Source of the DNA: Mustelus asterias
Lineage: Eukaryota
DNA length: 64,000 nucleotides
Assembly (NCBI RefSeq): GCF_964213995.1
Contig: NW_027590163.1
Location: 248,001 to 312,000 of the forward strand
Direction: 5' to 3'
Each line of letters opens with the position of its first letter. Position 1 is the stretch's first letter. Position numbers and translations under genes: made by a program. Below the pieces are notes generated by a model, which saw only the letters and a program-made list of their open reading frames with translations, was not told the DNA's origin and ran no database searches. Positions 63,350-64,000 of the stretch are shown piece by piece.

Positions 63350-63737
63350 AATGGAAACCTTTAAAAGTCAGCATCAAATACACTTTCCAGACCGGGTAGA
63401 TAACTCAGAAACATCTCCCCTTCGTGGAAGGGTTCACAACCAGATAACGTAGATTTAATTAAGGAATGGTAGAGTGAGAGGGCATTTGTGGAGAACGTTT
63501 TTTTCACCCAGTGGGTGTTTTGAATGTGGAACTCACTGCCTGAAAGGCTGGTAGGGGCAGGAACCTTCACGGCATTTAAGAAACATTTAAATGAGCCCTT
63601 GAAACACCAATGCATCCAAGGCTATGGAGCAAGTGCTGGATCATGGAATTAAAAGAGATTGGCGTTTCTTGGCCGGCGCAGTTACAATGGATTGAAGGGC
63701 CTCGTTTTGTGCTGTAAAACTCTATGACTCTATGACC
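63350..63737 (+). mobile_element. CR1 3' fragment in the Cmu3-Cmu4 intron
   Basis: FFTQ..V...WNSLP-like coding DNA; (CTCTATGA)n tail. Confidence 0.75.
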
Positions 63738-63793
63738 TGTATCCAGGAGATCCATTGCTTCCCAAATTGACGCATGTTGTACATTTTCTACAG

Positions 63794-64000
63794 TTAAAAA
63801 TCCACAGGAACCCCCCGTTTCTGTCCTCTTGCCCTCGGCGGAAGAAGTCTCCTCTCACAGATTCGTCTCCCTCAGCTGTTAGTGAGAGGTTTCTCCCCCC
63901 GAGAGATCTTCGTCAAGTGGACCATCAATGACAAGCCGGTGAATCCTGGGAACTATAAGAACACCGAGATGGTAGCGGAGAACGGCAATAGCTCCTTCTT
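63794..64000 (+). pseudogene. Immunoglobulin mu heavy chain Cmu4 exon (frameshifted; runs off the window)
   Basis: ttttctacag acceptor; [28 protein letters not shown] then TAG (63880-63882); shifted frame continues [29 protein letters not shown]. Confidence 0.88.

Overview
This is eukaryotic, repeat-rich genomic DNA, almost certainly from a cartilaginous fish (shark or ray). The evidence is shark-type IgM constant exons, an IgNAR-like V domain, CR1 LINEs with shark-like microsatellite tails, V-SINEs and a GPR139-like receptor. More than half of the window is CR1 LINE debris, which accounts for most of the ORF track. Other mobile elements are a Penelope-like element with hammerhead ribozyme motifs, a Rex1/Babar LINE, a Gypsy (probably Gmr1-like) 5' LTR plus gag stub, and a decayed 8 kb retrovirus-like provirus with two RNase H domains. 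Host content comprises: one apparently intact two-exon GPR139/142-like GPCR (minus strand, 47569-41452); an unpartnered exon 1 of a paralog (12375-12315); a decaying tRNA gene cluster (34.5-39.7 kb and 50.4-59.4 kb) with intact Leu-AAG, near-intact Glu-TTC and an intron-bearing Pro-TGG relic; a germline-joined V(D)J NAR-type V exon overlapping a CpG-island-like segment (33902-34217); and a 5'-truncated IgM Cmu3-Cmu4 pseudogene (62659-64000). There is a 151-nt assembly gap at 51915-52065. All homology calls were made by eye from remembered family motifs; no searches were run, and repeat boundaries are approximate.
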